Shown here one piece after another: positions 1 to 7,996 of a stretch of DNA of 24,000 bases. The DNA comes from Desulfobacteraceae bacterium (GTDB taxonomy: Bacteria; Desulfobacterota; Desulfobacteria; Desulfobacterales; Desulfobacteraceae): assembly GCA_965226635.1 (NCBI GenBank), contig OZ245369.1, positions 972,972 to 996,971 on the forward strand. The letters are read 5' to 3'. The notes beneath the pieces were generated by a model. The model was given only the letters and a program-made list of their open reading frames with translations. It was not told where the DNA came from and made no database searches. The position numbers and the translations under genes are program-made. The stretch's first letter is position 1, and the number at the start of each line of letters is the position of its first letter.

Positions 1-204
1 GAACACCTTTTATCCGGTAAGGTGACGGCCATGCACCTCATTCAGAAAACCGGCCACATCCGCACCACCGTTGAGCTGAAGCTGCCCTCGGGACCCTTTC
101 CCCTCACCCTGGATCTGGACAGGAAATTGGCCCAAACACGGGGCCTGGTCCCGGGCTCCCCCCTTTCCATGTGTATCCCCACCAAAAGTATTAGTTTCGG
201 ATAA
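1..204 (+). CDS. 3' fragment of a TOBE (Mop-type OB-fold) domain protein, ModE/ModC-like; the 5' end lies outside the window
   Basis: Frame 1 is open from base 1 to TAA at 202-204. The translation ..LSGKVTAMHLIQKTGHIRTTVELKLPSGPFPLTLDLDRKLAQTRGLVPGSPLSMCIPTKSI has the G-K-V..V-x-L..L-x-L..G..V-x-x-x-I layout of TOBE domains. Moco genes lie nearby. Confidence 0.45.
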   Translation, partial: EHLLSGKVTAMHLIQKTGHIRTTVELKLPSGPFPLTLDLDRKLAQTRGLVPGSPLSMCIPTKSISFG

Positions 205-336
205 CTTTTTTCTCACTTCTTGACTTTTTACCATTTTCCACGGTATGGATATCCTAGCCCGGATGGTCCGGATATTTCACCAAATCCCCGGAATTCCGGG
301 CCAGCCCCCGAAACACCCGAGAGAAAGGAGACCCCC

Positions 337-882
337 ATGACCCCCAAAATTTCTGCCTACATCGCCACCAGCCTGGATGGCTATATTGCCCGGAACGACG
401 GAGACATCGACTGGCTGGAACAGGCCAATGCCCGCCTTCCCAAGGGGGAGGACTGTGGGTTTCATCAATTCATGGACTCCGTGGACACCCTCATCGTGGG
501 ACGCAAAACCTTTGAAAAAATCCTGACCTTCAGCGAATGGATATACGGTACCACCCCGGTCATTGTGCTTTCCCGTACCCCCATCACCCTGCCCGATGGG
601 ATTCCGGAAACCGTGACCTCCTCATCTGAAACCCCTTCGGAACTGGTTAAACGCCTGAAATCCCAGGGCGTCCGCCACATCTACGTGGACGGCGGCCTTA
701 CCATCCAGGGATTTTTAGCCGAACACCAGGTGGATGAGATCACCATCACCACGGTACCGGTCCTCCTGGGGGAAGGCATTCCCCTGTTCGGCCCCCTTGA
801 AAAGGATATCCGCCTGGGCCACATGGACACCCGCTCCTATGACTGCGGTTTTGTCCAGTCCCGGTATGCCGTTTTAAGATAA
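337..882 (+). CDS. Dihydrofolate reductase family protein (RibD C-terminal domain type)
   Basis: ATG at 337 follows GAAAGGAG (323-330). MTPKISAYIATSLDGYIARNDGDIDWL..LIVGRKTFE..IYVDGG is typical of the RibD_C/DHFR-like family. The upstream ATG at 220 adds a Pro-rich extension with no RBS. Confidence 0.8.
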   Translation: MTPKISAYIATSLDGYIARNDGDIDWLEQANARLPKGEDCGFHQFMDSVDTLIVGRKTFEKILTFSEWIYGTTPVIVLSRTPITLPDGIPETVTSSSETPSELVKRLKSQGVRHIYVDGGLTIQGFLAEHQVDEITITTVPVLLGEGIPLFGPLEKDIRLGHMDTRSYDCGFVQSRYAVLR

Positions 883-899
883 AGCCCAAACCATAAAAA

Positions 900-930
900 G
901 GGCCCTGCTTCCCCTTGGGGAGCAGGGCCC
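900..930. terminator. Bidirectional hairpin terminator between convergent genes
   Basis: GGGCCCTGCT (900-909) pairs with AGCAGGGCCC (921-930) around an 11-nt loop. An A-run lies before the hairpin on the + strand, which reads as a T-run after it on the - strand. TTGGTATTGG follows on the + strand. Confidence 0.6.
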
Positions 931-997
931 TTGGTATTGGATAATGCGGTTCACCAGAAATTTGGAATAGGCAAATCTTAAGCGTGGCTATTTCGTC

Positions 998-1288
998 CTA
1001 ATCCCGGGGATCGGATGCCTCCCCTCCCAGCTCCTGGTTGATGTTGTCCAGTTCGGCCTTGAGGGCATCGGCACGGTTCCTCAGCACCTCTTCCCGGTTC
1101 AACGGGGTCGAATACCCCCCGTTACCGCCAAAACATCTCCTGCCCAGGCCCTGGCCCCGACCCATACCGCACCGGCCCCGGCCGCCAAATCCTGCGCCGT
1201 TGGCCATGGCATTTCCCGTGCAAGCGCCCTGGCCCCGTCCTGTCATGGGCCCCTGGTTCATGGGGCCTCTCTGGTTCATTCCCGGCAT
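998..1288 (-). CDS. DUF5320-type protein (Gly/Arg-rich N-half, C-terminal coiled helix)
   Basis: ATG at 1288 is preceded by AGGAGAG (reverse complement of 1294-1300). The product is MPGMNQRGPMNQGPMTGRGQG..LNREEVLRNRADALKAELDNINQEL. It sits immediately downstream of a DUF134 gene, which is the usual pairing. Confidence 0.7.
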   Translation of the reverse strand: MPGMNQRGPMNQGPMTGRGQGACTGNAMANGAGFGGRGRCGMGRGQGLGRRCFGGNGGYSTPLNREEVLRNRADALKAELDNINQELGGEASDPRD

Positions 1289-1299
1289 GATAACTCTCC

Positions 1300-1689
1300 T
1301 TATTTTGATAATGATGATGGTCCGGCATCGGATCTGCGGCCCCTGCCGCAACCCCTGCCCTGCCCCCTACCCCGCCGGCGGAATTGCCGCCCCTGTCCGG
1401 GGGTTCTGATCTCATAGCATCCACCGCCCACCTGGAGGCGTTTTCCCGCCACCAGGGCCTCGGCCAGTGCCTGCCGCGCCTCCCTGAGAATCCGGCCAAA
1501 GGTCTGCCTGGAGACCTGCATCTTTTCAGCGGCCTCGGCCTGGCCCAGCCCCTCATAATCGATGAGGCGGATGGCTTCAAAGCCCTCCAGGGCCATGGAG
1601 ACCTCTCCCTGGGGCCCCATGCCCTCGGGTGCAAAGCCTCTGAATTTCGGTCTTCCGGCAATCTGTCTTCTCAATTTATGCCTCGGCAT
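1300..1689 (-). CDS. DUF134 (UPF0251) predicted DNA-binding protein
   Basis: MPRHKLRRQIAGRPKFRGFAPEG..EGFEAIRLIDYEGLGQAEAAEKMQVSRQTFGRILREAR shows the DUF134 signature with a sigma-70 region-4-like HTH. It has an Arg/Gly-rich tail. Confidence 0.85.
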   Translation of the reverse strand: MPRHKLRRQIAGRPKFRGFAPEGMGPQGEVSMALEGFEAIRLIDYEGLGQAEAAEKMQVSRQTFGRILREARQALAEALVAGKRLQVGGGCYEIRTPGQGRQFRRRGRGQGRGCGRGRRSDAGPSSLSK

Positions 1690-1720
1690 CTCTCTCCTCC
1701 GGGGTTGGCGTTTTGATCAT

Positions 1721-1748
1721 TTGACTACAACACTAACTATGGTAGAAT
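1721..1748 (+). promoter_or_regulatory. Putative sigma-70 promoter for the DUF89 gene
   Basis: TTGACT (1721-1726), 16-nt spacer, TAGAAT (1743-1748), about 50 nt upstream of the ATG at 1800. A divergent TTGACA-N17-TAGTGT on the minus strand (1758 down to 1730) overlaps it. Confidence 0.4.
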
Positions 1749-1767
1749 GACCTGTCAAGGAAAATAA

Positions 1768-1781
1768 TGGTCAAATGACCA
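1768..1781. promoter_or_regulatory. Candidate operator palindrome TGGTCA-AA-TGACCA
   Basis: Perfect 6+6 inverted repeat with a 2-nt centre. It lies between the -10 element and the RBS of the DUF89 gene, in the region shared with the divergent DUF134 gene. Confidence 0.3.
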
Positions 1782-1799
1782 AAAAAATAAGGAAGCCCC

Positions 1800-2663
1800 A
1801 TGGAAATCCATCCCCACTGCCTGCCCTGCCTGGCAGGTCTGGCCCACAAAGGCGTCGCAGCCGCCACCGACGCCCCCTCCCTCCAGATCAACACCCTCCA
1901 AAAGGCCCTGGCCGCACTGGCTGCCCACAACCCACAGCACCCGGCCCCCCTGGCTGCAGCCGCCATCCAGAAGATCATCACCCGGGAAACCGGTTGTAAG
2001 GATCCCTATAAAGCGGCCAAGGAGGAGAGCACCCGCCTGGCCCTGGCATTGCTCCCCGGGCTGCGCAAGCAGGTGGAGGACTCCGACGCTCCCATGGACA
2101 CGGCCCTCCGCCTGGCCATTGCCGGCAACATCATCGACTTTGCCACCCTGGGCCGCCTGGATGAAAGCGAGCTTACCCGTCACATGGACAGCGCCGCCCA
2201 CCATGGGGTAACCGGGGATATGGAGGCTCTGATCCAACGCCTGGACCAGGCAGAGAACATCCTCTGGATAACGGACAATGCCGGAGAAATCGTCTTTGAC
2301 CGCCTGGTTCTGGAACAGCTTCCCCACCATAAACTCACCCTGGCCGTCCGGGGCGGTGCTGCCCTTAACGACGCCACCCTCACCGATGCCCGTGCCTCCG
2401 ACATCCCCGATACCATCCGGATCATGGACACGGGCCTTGCCCTGCCCGGCACCTGGGTGACGGCCTCCTCCCCCCGGTTCCAAAAGACCTTCCAAGGGGC
2501 CGACCTCATCATCGCCAAGGGCCAGGGCAACTTTGAAACCCTGGATCATACCGACCCCAGAATCCTCTTCCTCTTCCAGGTCAAATGCCCGGTGATCGCC
2601 CAAAACGCAGGCCACCCAGTGGGCAGCCGCATGGTCTTTTCGCCGGTCGCCCAGGGGGCCTGA
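1800..2663 (+). CDS. DUF89 family protein (ARMT1-like damage-control phosphatase)
   Basis: N-terminal HCLPC, then ITDNAGEIVFD and IIAKGQGNFETL motifs characteristic of DUF89. GGAAG RBS at 1791-1795. Confidence 0.85.
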   Translation: MEIHPHCLPCLAGLAHKGVAAATDAPSLQINTLQKALAALAAHNPQHPAPLAAAAIQKIITRETGCKDPYKAAKEESTRLALALLPGLRKQVEDSDAPMDTALRLAIAGNIIDFATLGRLDESELTRHMDSAAHHGVTGDMEALIQRLDQAENILWITDNAGEIVFDRLVLEQLPHHKLTLAVRGGAALNDATLTDARASDIPDTIRIMDTGLALPGTWVTASSPRFQKTFQGADLIIAKGQGNFETLDHTDPRILFLFQVKCPVIAQNAGHPVGSRMVFSPVAQGA

Positions 2664-2877
2664 ACCGAATTTTCAAATGAAGACGGCACCATGATGCACC
2701 GGCGCCCCTGTGGACCTGCCTGTGGAAGAACCGTCCCCGGCACCGCCCCTTGGAGCATCACAGGCGCTGGATGAGATAGATAAGGTCTGCACTGGTGTTT
2801 GGACCCCAAATAGGGAAGCCGGAATCCGGCGGCAATGGCCATTGCCCGGCTCTGTGTCTCAAATGGGGATGGGCCTG

Positions 2878-4116
2878 CTAGGGTTTCAACACCAGGAAGT
2901 AGAGGCTGCCCCGGACATTGAGGTGCCCGGCCGTGAATTCGGCCCACTCCCCGTTGCCGCAGAAGACATCCACCCGGCCGGCCCCCTTGATGGCCCCGCC
3001 CGTATCCTGATTCATGACAAAGAGGGAGACCCGGGGCCAGTCCTTACGCCCCGGCCCGGTCCAGCCCTTTTTGTCTTCTTTGCGGACCATGTCCGTGGCA
3101 TCGGGCAATGCCGTTCGCACAAAGGCCAAGGCCCCCCTGGGGAAGACCTTGGAATCCGTGGCAATGGAGCGCACCGGGGTCACGGCGGTTCCCAGGCAGC
3201 CAAAGGGTCCGCCCTCTTCGGTCTTGAAAAAGACAAAGCTGGGATTGTGGAAGAGGATCTCATCCATGCGTTGGGGGTTGGCCTCCAGCCATTGACGGAT
3301 GGCCTGCATGGACATTTTTTCCCTGGGGATTTCCCCCTTTTCAATGAGGTAACGGCCAATGGAGCGGTATGCCTGTCCGTTGGAACCGGCATAGTGGACC
3401 CTGAGGGTTTCGCCTTCAGGTGTTTCCACCCGGCCGCTGCCCTGGATCTCCAGGAAAAACCGGTCCACCCGGTTCTCCAGCCAGAGCACGGGCTCCCCCT
3501 GGAATCCGGGATCGGTGTTGATCTCCTCCCGGGAATAATAAGGGATGACCTGGTTCTTTTCCACCCGGGCCTTGAGCTTGCCCAGGCCCTTGTACTTTTC
3601 CCCGAACCGGGACAGATCGATCTGCAAGATGTCCGAAGGCATGCCGTAGAGGGGATAGGCAAAACGCTGGTCCGGGGTGCGGCTGCCCCCATAGGTGGGT
3701 TCGTAATACCCGGTGAAGAGCACCCCGGGATCGGAATTAAAGGTCGAGGCATAGACCTGGTACTGGCCCTTGATAAAGGTGTTCAAGGCCCGGGTGGAGG
3801 GGCGGGTCTTTAAAAAGGTTTTCAGCACCTCCAGGGAGCGGATCATCTGATCGGCGGTAAAGACATCCCCCCCAAAATCATACCGCCGTTTGGGCGGCAC
3901 CCTGCGATAGTAGACCAGGCTCTGGTCAATGGACTGGTCCAGCCCTTGGAAATCCAGGCTGTCCATGAAGGCAGGGTATTCCTCGGGTTCCAGGGCCACC
4001 AGGGCCGTGTCGGGACGTTCCCCGGGGGGCCGCCCCCGGTGGGGGTCACACCCCCATAGGCAGAGCAACCCCATCACCACAACACAGATACGGAATTCAA
4101 GACGCCTTGGTCCCAT
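2878..4116 (-). CDS. mltA: Murein transglycosylase A (MltA-type lytic transglycosylase), lipoprotein
   Basis: Signal/lipobox-like MGLLCLWGC. MltA-domain features are YYEPTYGGSR, LENRVDRFFLEIQGSGRV and RSIATDSKVFPRGALAF (3D domain). Confidence 0.85.
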   Translation of the reverse strand: MGPRRLEFRICVVVMGLLCLWGCDPHRGRPPGERPDTALVALEPEEYPAFMDSLDFQGLDQSIDQSLVYYRRVPPKRRYDFGGDVFTADQMIRSLEVLKTFLKTRPSTRALNTFIKGQYQVYASTFNSDPGVLFTGYYEPTYGGSRTPDQRFAYPLYGMPSDILQIDLSRFGEKYKGLGKLKARVEKNQVIPYYSREEINTDPGFQGEPVLWLENRVDRFFLEIQGSGRVETPEGETLRVHYAGSNGQAYRSIGRYLIEKGEIPREKMSMQAIRQWLEANPQRMDEILFHNPSFVFFKTEEGGPFGCLGTAVTPVRSIATDSKVFPRGALAFVRTALPDATDMVRKEDKKGWTGPGRKDWPRVSLFVMNQDTGGAIKGAGRVDVFCGNGEWAEFTAGHLNVRGSLYFLVLKP

Positions 4117-5293
4117 GGCCCTCTCCTTTTTTCAGGGTACGTACCGTGGTCTGCTCCGGCTCCAGGCAGGCGATCTCGCCCATCTCCCTGGCCGACACCC
4201 CCAGCTCGGTGAGCTTCCGGGCCGGCACCATAACCCGGCTCTCCAGGGTGGACACGGTCTTGTTATAGCTTGCGGCACAGCGTTCGATGTCCCGGCCCAG
4301 ACGGCCCAGGTGATCCCCCATGGAGGAAAGGCGCTGGTAGAGCTGGGCCCCCAGGTCCCGGATTTCCCGGGCATTGTCGTGGGAGCGCTGCTGCTGCCAG
4401 GCATAGGCCACGGTCTTCAACAGGGCGATGAGGGTGGTGGGCGTGGCCAGGATCACCCCCTTTTCAACCCCCATGTCAATGAGGTCGGGCCGGTGCTTCA
4501 AGGCGGCGGAGAAAAAATTCTCCCCAGGCACAAAGAGCACCACAAAGGCCGGGGTGGGGGTAAATGCCTGGGTATACTTTTTAGAGGAGAGCTGACGGAT
4601 GTGGGTGGCCACCTGGCGGGCATGGTCTTCCATGCAGGCCTTTTGGGTGGCCTCATCCTTGGCCTCCAGGGCATCCAGGTAGGCCAGAAGGGGCACCTTG
4701 GAATCCACGATGATCTTCCGCTTCCCGGGCAGGGTGATGACCATGTCAGGCCGCAGGCTGCCCTTGCCGGTTTTGCCGTCGGTCATCTGCTCCACAAAAT
4801 CACATTGGTCCACCATGCCCGACAGCTCGGCGGCCCGTTTCAGGGTGATCTCTCCCCAGCGGCCCCGCACATGGGGCACCCGCAAGGCCTTGACCAAATT
4901 CCCGGTCTCCATGTGAAGGAGCTGCTGGGTTTGTCCCATCTGCTTCAACACCTGGGCAATGGCCCCGTTGGCCCGCTGGCGTTCCGCCTCCATGGCCTGG
5001 AGCCGGTCTTCATAGCGGTGCATGGACTGTTTCACCGGGTCCATGGTCTGGCGAATCTGGTCCCCCTTGAGGTCAAACTCCCTGCGGGCCTGGTCCAGGT
5101 AGCAGGAAAAATGGGACTGGGCCATGTCCATGAACCGGGCGGCCTGGTCGTTGAGGGCCTGCTGGGACAAATCCTCCAGCCGGTTGGAAAAAAACAAAAC
5201 ACCGGTGCGGGCCAGGATAAAACTGACCAGAACCCCCAGAAGGAATCCCACCCCCAAAAGGGAAAGGGCCTGGGGTGTGATCAGATCACCCAT
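4097..5293 (-). CDS. rmuC: DNA recombination protein RmuC
   Basis: N-terminal TM helix, long coiled coil, then LRVPHVRGRWGEITLKRAAELSGM..DFVEQ and LPGKRKIIVDSKVPL, all typical of RmuC. I chose the ATG at 5293 (8-nt overlap with the moaC stop). The ORF-track start at 5338 would overlap moaC by 53 nt. Confidence 0.85.
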   Translation of the reverse strand: MGDLITPQALSLLGVGFLLGVLVSFILARTGVLFFSNRLEDLSQQALNDQAARFMDMAQSHFSCYLDQARREFDLKGDQIRQTMDPVKQSMHRYEDRLQAMEAERQRANGAIAQVLKQMGQTQQLLHMETGNLVKALRVPHVRGRWGEITLKRAAELSGMVDQCDFVEQMTDGKTGKGSLRPDMVITLPGKRKIIVDSKVPLLAYLDALEAKDEATQKACMEDHARQVATHIRQLSSKKYTQAFTPTPAFVVLFVPGENFFSAALKHRPDLIDMGVEKGVILATPTTLIALLKTVAYAWQQQRSHDNAREIRDLGAQLYQRLSSMGDHLGRLGRDIERCAASYNKTVSTLESRVMVPARKLTELGVSAREMGEIACLEPEQTTVRTLKKGEGHGTKAS

Positions 5294-5786
5294 TCTCCCC
5301 CTGGTACCGGGGGGCGATAAAGGTACCGCTTTTTCCACCGGTCTTGGATTTCAAATGGATATCGGAAATCTCCATGGCCTTGTCATAGGACTTGCACATG
5401 TCGTAGATGGTCAGGGCGGCCACGGAAACCGCCGTCAGGGCCTCCATCTCCACCCCGGTTTTGCCGGCCAGGGAGACCTCCCCCTCGATGATGATGGAAT
5501 CCGTCTCCGGTTCCGGGGTGAAATCCACCCGGGCATGGGTGATGTTCAAGGGATGGCACATGGGAATGAGATCGGCGGTTTTTTTGGCGGCCATGATGCC
5601 GGCGATTCGGGCCGCCTCCATGACATTGCCCTTTTTCACGGTTTCGTCCATGATCTTCTCCAGGGTGGAGGGCGTCATGGAAATCCGGCCGCAGGCCACG
5701 GCGGTGCGAACGGTGTCTGCCTTAGCCCCCACATCCACCATGCGGACCTTTCCGTCGGCGTCCAGGTGGGTAAACTCTTGGGTCAT
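5286..5786 (-). CDS. moaC: Cyclic pyranopterin monophosphate synthase MoaC
   Basis: FTHLDADGKVRMVDVGAK..T.R.A.A, KKGNVMEAARIAGIMAAKKTADLIPMCHPL and GVEMEALTAVSVAALTIYDMCK are canonical MoaC. Confidence 0.95.
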   Translation of the reverse strand: MTQEFTHLDADGKVRMVDVGAKADTVRTAVACGRISMTPSTLEKIMDETVKKGNVMEAARIAGIMAAKKTADLIPMCHPLNITHARVDFTPEPETDSIIIEGEVSLAGKTGVEMEALTAVSVAALTIYDMCKSYDKAMEISDIHLKSKTGGKSGTFIAPRYQGENG

Positions 5787-5804
5787 TTTACATATCCTCC
5801 AGCA

Positions 5805-6179
5805 TCAATGGGATGGGCTGTCAACGTAGAACTGGGTCTTTTTCGTGACCTCGGCCTTGATGAGGTTCAGGGTGTCGGTGAGGCATTCCAGGACATTCTC
5901 CCGGATATCACCGGCCACCACCAGGTACATGACATCCTCTCCCACATCCAGGGGTTTGTCCTCTTCAATGTGGACCAGGATCTCAATGATCCCGGGGCGG
6001 GCCTTCTGCCGGGCCAGGATCTCGGCCAGGCGGCCATGGTCAACGGTGAGGGAAAGCCCTGTCACGGCCTCGCCTTCCCGGGTGTTTTCACGGACAACAC
6101 CGTTGTGGGCCAGGATCATGCCGGCCTTGGGGTAATCGGGATGGGCCTTGATCCGATCCACCAGGGTTTGAAGATTCAT
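5805..6179 (-). CDS. MoaE-like molybdopterin synthase subunit family protein (short form)
   Basis: ATG at 6179 with AGGAGA RBS (reverse complement of 6186-6193). GMILAHNGVVRENTREG..ILVHIEEDKPLDVGEDVMYLVVAGDIRENVLECLTDTLNLIKAEVTKK follows the MoaE pattern G..F.G.VR / V.HR.G.L..GE..V.V.V...R..AF. It sits between mobA and moaC. Confidence 0.55.
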   Translation of the reverse strand: MNLQTLVDRIKAHPDYPKAGMILAHNGVVRENTREGEAVTGLSLTVDHGRLAEILARQKARPGIIEILVHIEEDKPLDVGEDVMYLVVAGDIRENVLECLTDTLNLIKAEVTKKTQFYVDSPSH

Positions 6180-6183
6180 GGGA

Positions 6184-6810
6184 TTATTTCTCCTTGGGTA
6201 TGGTGTTTGGCGGTTTTGCGGCCATGGTATCTGCGGTCTCCAGATCGGCCGGGGTATTGACATTAAACATGAACTGCATCCTAGGATCCAGCTCTTTCAA
6301 CTTTTCCGGCGGAATTTCCCTCACCCTTTTGAGCTTGAAAAACCGCTTGACCATATAGATCCGTTTCTCCAGGTTTTCCTCGATCAAGGGGATGCAGTCC
6401 CTGGAATAAACAGCGGAAAGGGGCTCCAACCCATCCGGGGTCCGGGGAATCACCACATGGGTGCCGGGTTTGGCCAGGCCCACGGCATGGCGGATCACGG
6501 CCTCGCTGGCAAAGGGCACATCACAGGCCGATACATAGGCAAAGGGATGGGAGGCATAGAAAAGGCCGGCATGGAGCCCAGCCAGGGCGCAGCGAAGGGG
6601 GCTGATGTCCGTCACCACCTCAATGTCCCAATCGGCAAAATCCCCGGGGTCGTTGACCACGATGAGGGTCTCGTCAAAGAGCCGGTTAAACAATTGGTAC
6701 AGCCGCTGGAACATGGACGCTCCCCCCACCTGGTGAAAGGTCTTTTTCTTACCTGGGAGCCGGCTGTTGGTCCCACCGGCCAAAATCACACCGGTACACT
6801 GAAATTTCAT
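6184..6810 (-). CDS. mobA: Molybdenum cofactor guanylyltransferase MobA
   Basis: N-terminal TGVILAGGTNSRLPG-KK nucleotidyltransferase motif, about 200 aa, in Moco gene context. Confidence 0.8.
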   Translation of the reverse strand: MKFQCTGVILAGGTNSRLPGKKKTFHQVGGASMFQRLYQLFNRLFDETLIVVNDPGDFADWDIEVVTDISPLRCALAGLHAGLFYASHPFAYVSACDVPFASEAVIRHAVGLAKPGTHVVIPRTPDGLEPLSAVYSRDCIPLIEENLEKRIYMVKRFFKLKRVREIPPEKLKELDPRMQFMFNVNTPADLETADTMAAKPPNTIPKEK

Positions 6811-6873
6811 GGATAAATCCTGGATAAAAAAGTCTGTATTACCCCCCTTGATTATAGGAAGCAGCGTGGAAAA

Positions 6874-6918
6874 TCAAGAGGTGTTGCCCAGGGTAAAAAA
6901 AGATGATACACCTCTTGA
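6874..6918 (+). promoter_or_regulatory. Leader hairpin upstream of pyrR
   Basis: TCAAGAGGTGT (6874-6884) is the exact reverse complement of ACACCTCTTGA (6908-6918), with a 23-nt A-rich loop. It ends 35 nt before the pyrR ATG. Confidence 0.3.
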
Positions 6919-6952
6919 ATGATCCATCTAATACGATCCTGAAAGGCATAAA

Positions 6953-7486
6953 ATGAAACAGAATAAAATCCTTCTCAACGACCAGGACATCCGCCGCATC
7001 ATCACCCGGATCGCCTATGAAATCGTTGAAACCCATAAAGGCACCCAGAACCTGGCCCTGGTAGGCATCCAGACCCGGGGAGATTATCTGGCCAAACGCC
7101 TGGCCGATCAGATCCGGGCCATTGAAGGCCCAAAGCTCCCCGTGGGCAGCATGGACATCAACATGTACCGGGACGACTGGACCCAGATTTCCCACCAGCC
7201 CATTGTCCGCCCCTCCAAGATCCCCTTTTCCGTGGACGAAATGAAGATCATCCTGGTGGACGACGTCCTCTTCACCGGCCGGACCATCCGGGCCGCCATG
7301 GAAGCCCTCATGGACTTTGGCCGCCCCGGCAGAATCGAGCTGGCCGTTCTGGTGGACAGGGGCCACAGGGAACTGCCCATCCAGGCCGATTACAAGGGCA
7401 TCTGCGTGGACACCGACCGCCAGGAAACCATCCAGGTCCACGTCACCGAACACGACGGACAGGACCAGGTCTTTAAGGAAGTCTAA
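6953..7486 (+). CDS. pyrR: Bifunctional pyrimidine operon regulator / uracil phosphoribosyltransferase PyrR
   Basis: ILLNDQDIRRIITRIAYEIVE.., LVGIQTRG and the PRPP motif IILVDDVLFTGRTIRAAMEAL are canonical PyrR. Confidence 0.9.
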   Translation: MKQNKILLNDQDIRRIITRIAYEIVETHKGTQNLALVGIQTRGDYLAKRLADQIRAIEGPKLPVGSMDINMYRDDWTQISHQPIVRPSKIPFSVDEMKIILVDDVLFTGRTIRAAMEALMDFGRPGRIELAVLVDRGHRELPIQADYKGICVDTDRQETIQVHVTEHDGQDQVFKEV

Positions 7487-7488
7487 CC

Positions 7489-7992
7489 ATGGGAACCCTT
7501 TTGCATAAAAAAGACACCCCAAAAGACATCCGGGTTGCCGTGATCTCGGTCTCCACCACCCGGAAATTGTCCGACGACAAAAGTGGGCACTGGATCAAAA
7601 AACAGGCCAAAAAGGAAGGATGCGAGGTGGTCATCCACCAGGTGGTCACCGACGATGTCGCCGCCATCCGGGATATCCTGGAACATGTGACCGGAAAAAT
7701 CGCCCCCAATGCCATCATCTTCACCGGCGGCACCGGGGTCAGCCCCAAGGATGTCACCATCGAGGCAGTCCAGCCCTATTTTGACAAGGCCCTGTCCGCC
7801 TTCGGCCCCCTCTTTGCCCAACTCAGTTTCGAAGAAATCGATTCCGCCGCCATCATGTCCAGGGCAACGGCGGGCATCGTAAACAACTGCCTGGTCTTCT
7901 GCATCCCAGGCAGTATCAAGGCCTGCAAACTGGCCTGCAACGCCCTGATTTTCCCAGAACTCGGCCATCTGCTGAAACATATGAAGGAATGA
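7489..7992 (+). CDS. moaB: MoaB/MogA-family molybdenum cofactor biosynthesis protein
   Basis: IRVAVISVSTTR..D.SG and IIFTGGTGVSPKDVT motifs. It starts 2 nt after the pyrR stop. Confidence 0.85.
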   Translation: MGTLLHKKDTPKDIRVAVISVSTTRKLSDDKSGHWIKKQAKKEGCEVVIHQVVTDDVAAIRDILEHVTGKIAPNAIIFTGGTGVSPKDVTIEAVQPYFDKALSAFGPLFAQLSFEEIDSAAIMSRATAGIVNNCLVFCIPGSIKACKLACNALIFPELGHLLKHMKE

Positions 7993-7996
7993 TACC

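Noticed and set aside
220-336. Longer ORF-track starts for several genes: 220 (DHFR-like), 1351 (DUF5320), 5338 (rmuC), 6263 (moaE-like), 11393 (ychF), 19619 (permease) and 21596 (pseudo-receiver)
   Set aside because: In each case an internal ATG has a proper Shine-Dalgarno and matches the expected family N-terminus. It also avoids long overlaps with the upstream gene, and the extensions are low-complexity.
2684-2698. Sigma-54-like CGGCAC-N-TGCA in the DUF89/mltA convergent spacer
   Set aside because: The GG-to-GC spacing is one nt short of consensus, the -24 T is missing, and no downstream gene lies on that strand.
2831-2846. 16-nt perfect palindrome GGCAATGGCCATTGCC, with adjacent GCCGG-AAT-CCGGC, in the convergent DUF89/mltA spacer
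   Set aside because: These are probably just terminator-type hairpins for the convergent genes. There is no U-tract and no other distinguishing feature, so they are not reported as a separate feature.
1755-6260. Long antisense ORFs: 1755-2615 (-), 2710-3813 (+), 3929-5320 (+) and 5124-6260 (+)
   Set aside because: Each lies opposite a confidently recognised gene (DUF89, mltA, rmuC, moaC/moaE-like). Their translations are Gly/Pro/His-rich with no recognisable motifs. They are high-GC frame shadows.
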